A stretch of 64,000 nucleotides of DNA. It comes from an uncultured virus (IMG/VR IMGVR_UViG_3300041583_000459) (lineage: Duplodnaviria; Heunggongvirae; Uroviricota; Caudoviricetes). A program made the translations under genes and the position numbers. The DNA is taken from the IMG/VR virus record IMGVR_UViG_3300041583_000459; one strand, written 5' to 3'. Below the pieces are notes generated by a model that did not search any database, was not told the origin of the DNA, and saw only the letters and a program-made list of their open reading frames with translations. Of the stretch, positions 61,795-64,000 are shown in pieces; position 1 is the stretch's first letter, and every line of letters starts with the position of its first letter.

Positions 61795-63794
61795 TGGAAG
61801 AAAGTGGCATGGGGATAAAGAACCCATTGTGGTTTATCGGTGTGGTCGAAAACAATGTGGACGAAAGGCTTGAAGGAAGGGTACAGGTAAGGGCCTTCAA
61901 CGTTCATGGTACAGTAGACCAAGTTCCATCAGATAGCCTTCCATGGGCCATCCCAATAAGCGGTAGCTATGATCCAAACAATCCACCTCCACCATTGAAC
62001 TCTTGGGTGTTTGGATTTTTCATTGATGGACGTGATGCACAACAGCCTATGATATTAGGATTGATCCCTACGCAAATGACCGAAACCATAGATCCACAAA
62101 AAAATGGTTGGGGTAGATTCCCCAACAGTGAGCCATCATATTATGATAGACTTGCTTTTGGTAGTAGGGCGCGCGATTTTGGACAACCACTTTTGTCAAG
62201 ATTGGCAAGAGGCGAAAACATAGAAGAAACTTACGTCTTAGGACAAGAAGTAAATAGAGTCCGTAATATTTCTTCTACTGAAGGAAACCCAACATGGGAA
62301 GAACCAAGTGCGGCATATGCTGCACAATACCCATTTAATAGAGTTACAGAAACCGCATCAGGACACTCTATTGAAATAGATGATACCCCAGGTGCCGAAA
62401 GAATAATGATATGGCATCGCTCTGGTTCATTTTTACAAATAGATTCCAGAGGAACCAAATTAGATAAAACAGCGTCAGATAAGTATGATGTAACAAAAGA
62501 TAATCATCATGTTTATATAGGTGGTCGCAGTATCGTAACGATAGAAGGCGATAGTCATGTTATTGTGAAAGGAAATAAGACCGAAGAAATATTCGGAGAT
62601 TATAGACAAATGATCCATGGCAATCATGAACTTTCTGTTGCGGGTCAGCTAAACTTAAATTCAAGTGAAGAAATACAAGCAAGAGGCGCTAAGATTAGAA
62701 TCGAAGCAAATGTAGAAAATGTTAATATCAAATCAGCAAAAAACATGAATGTCGAATCCGCCAAGTCTATCCATATAAAATCAGGAATTTCCATATTTCA
62801 AGAAGCAACTAATTCGATTAATATAAAATCAGGTGATGACTTACTTGCACAATTTGGTGGGGTTGCCAACATAAAATCACAAAGCATGTACCTAACCTCT
62901 TCTGGTGCGCTTGATATTAAAGGCGGTCATGTCAAGATAGGCGGCGGCACAAAAATTAGCTTAAACGCTAGTTTGGTAGCAGTAGACGATATCATACAGC
63001 TTTCAAGTGGACAGTCAGTCGTGCCCGTGCAAGCAAGCAATTCAAATAGCGCAGAATCTGCGGAAAGCGCAGAATTACCAGAACCAACAGCTAAAGCAAT
63101 CGGTTCTACAGCTGGTTCTACAGGTAGTTCTACAGGAGGCGGCGGCGGCGGATCATATAAAAACACTTCATCAATCGGTTCTACTGGGTTTTCATCACAA
63201 GACGATAACGATGGGTCAGTAGGTGGTGGTGGTGGCGAGACTTCTGAATTTGCACCAGAAGCATTAAGATCATTATTAAATCTTATTGCCAAGGCTGAAT
63301 CAGAAGCAGCAGGGGGATATAATGCGTACAATAGAGGAACTTCTGGAAATAAGGTGTTATCCGCCAACAGCAAGGTAGATTTTAGCCAAATGACAATTGC
63401 AGAATTGCGTAGAAGACAAGCATTACCTATATCTAATCCAGATAGGATATTTGCGGCAGGTAGATACCAAATCATACCTTCTACTCTTACAGAAACACTT
63501 GCAAGAACCAATATCAGTAACAGTGACAAGTTTTCACCGGACGTGCAAGATGCACTCGGAATCCAACTTTTGGTTAGCGGTGGTCTCAATAGATACAAAA
63601 GTGGCGCAATAACCAAAGAACAGTTCGGAAATAATATAGCTAGAATATGGGCAGGTTTGCCAGTCATAACTGGTCCAAAAGCTGGCAATAGTTTTTACGG
63701 AGGTCCAAATAAATCGAACGTATCAATTAGTGCAACTTTAAGTGCAATAGACTACATCAAGAACTACACTGGTTCTGGTGGGGTTATGGTTTAA
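61794..63794 (+). CDS. Baseplate central spike gp5 with a C-terminal muramidase domain
   Basis: WF.GVVE...D....GRV.VR OB fold, YP.N...ET.SGH..E.DDTPG.ER, beta-helix repeats, G/S linker, AES...YN, AAGRYQ, F.P..QD, WAGLP. Confidence 0.9.
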   Translation: MEESGMGIKNPLWFIGVVENNVDERLEGRVQVRAFNVHGTVDQVPSDSLPWAIPISGSYDPNNPPPPLNSWVFGFFIDGRDAQQPMILGLIPTQMTETIDPQKNGWGRFPNSEPSYYDRLAFGSRARDFGQPLLSRLARGENIEETYVLGQEVNRVRNISSTEGNPTWEEPSAAYAAQYPFNRVTETASGHSIEIDDTPGAERIMIWHRSGSFLQIDSRGTKLDKTASDKYDVTKDNHHVYIGGRSIVTIEGDSHVIVKGNKTEEIFGDYRQMIHGNHELSVAGQLNLNSSEEIQARGAKIRIEANVENVNIKSAKNMNVESAKSIHIKSGISIFQEATNSINIKSGDDLLAQFGGVANIKSQSMYLTSSGALDIKGGHVKIGGGTKISLNASLVAVDDIIQLSSGQSVVPVQASNSNSAESAESAELPEPTAKAIGSTAGSTGSSTGGGGGGSYKNTSSIGSTGFSSQDDNDGSVGGGGGETSEFAPEALRSLLNLIAKAESEAAGGYNAYNRGTSGNKVLSANSKVDFSQMTIAELRRRQALPISNPDRIFAAGRYQIIPSTLTETLARTNISNSDKFSPDVQDALGIQLLVSGGLNRYKSGAITKEQFGNNIARIWAGLPVITGPKAGNSFYGGPNKSNVSISATLSAIDYIKNYTGSGGVMV

Positions 63795-63806
63795 TAGGAA
63801 TCTACA

Positions 63807-64000
63807 ATGATAGAATACCAAGATAATCCAAATAATATAGAAAATCGCGTTTTAGCTGAAGTTTTCGTGCCAACTAGTGTTGTGACAAATGCACCTAACT
63901 CTTGTGACAATACAAGCGACATGGACAAAAAATATATAAACGCAACTAATGTTGCCCCTTCTAATGATGGATTTTTAAGAAGAAGTGATGTTTCTTTTTT
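63807..64000 (+). CDS. Start of the next ORF, runs off the window
   Basis: ATG after an AGGA RBS, open to the end. Confidence 0.55.
   Translation, partial: MIEYQDNPNNIENRVLAEVFVPTSVVTNAPNSCDNTSDMDKKYINATNVAPSNDGFLRRSDVSF

Noticed and set aside
1..64000. Genome-wide stop-codon reassignment
   Set aside because: Core genes are intact in the standard code, and TGA, TAG and TAA all end genes at expected positions.

Overview
AT-rich 64 kb segment of a large T4-superfamily (T4-like) myophage genome. The host cannot be determined from the sequence. 1-38.7 kb is a minus-strand accessory region of many small ORFs behind sigma70-type promoters. It carries tRNA repair/maintenance genes (Rnl1, CCA-adding enzyme, TilS, PTH2-like, YqeY), a tRNA/ncRNA locus, tk and a macro domain. 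It also holds several late-promoter (TATAAATA) genes with capsid-targeting-like leaders: an alarmone hydrolase+synthetase pair, an Alt-like ADP-ribosyltransferase and an intein-containing P-loop kinase, plus a stand-alone TnpB. 38.8-54.3 kb is the plus-strand replication/recombination core (gp3, uvsY, uvsW, gp55, gp47/46, split gp43, dexA, gp45/44/62, regA, dUTPase) with a DNA methyltransferase and an alternative oxidase. 54.3-64 kb encodes tail/baseplate genes. Most notable: (1) an array of seven translationally coupled mini-genes with a constant leader and variable xxQV tetrapeptide repeats, upstream of a DUF6745-like gene whose N-terminus they resemble and which itself lacks such repeats; (2) a predicted virion-packaged SAH/SAS module; (3) a TnpB element with terminal inverted repeats sitting between a late promoter and a mini-gene that copies the Alt C-terminal peptide; (4) a Tyr-like type II tRNA body with a Lys anticodon followed by a large structured RNA enclosing a tRNA-like domain; (5) a lambda G/GT-like -1 frameshift site before the tape-measure gene. 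All family calls come from motif recognition by eye, not database searches. Some single-base frameshifts may be sequencing errors.
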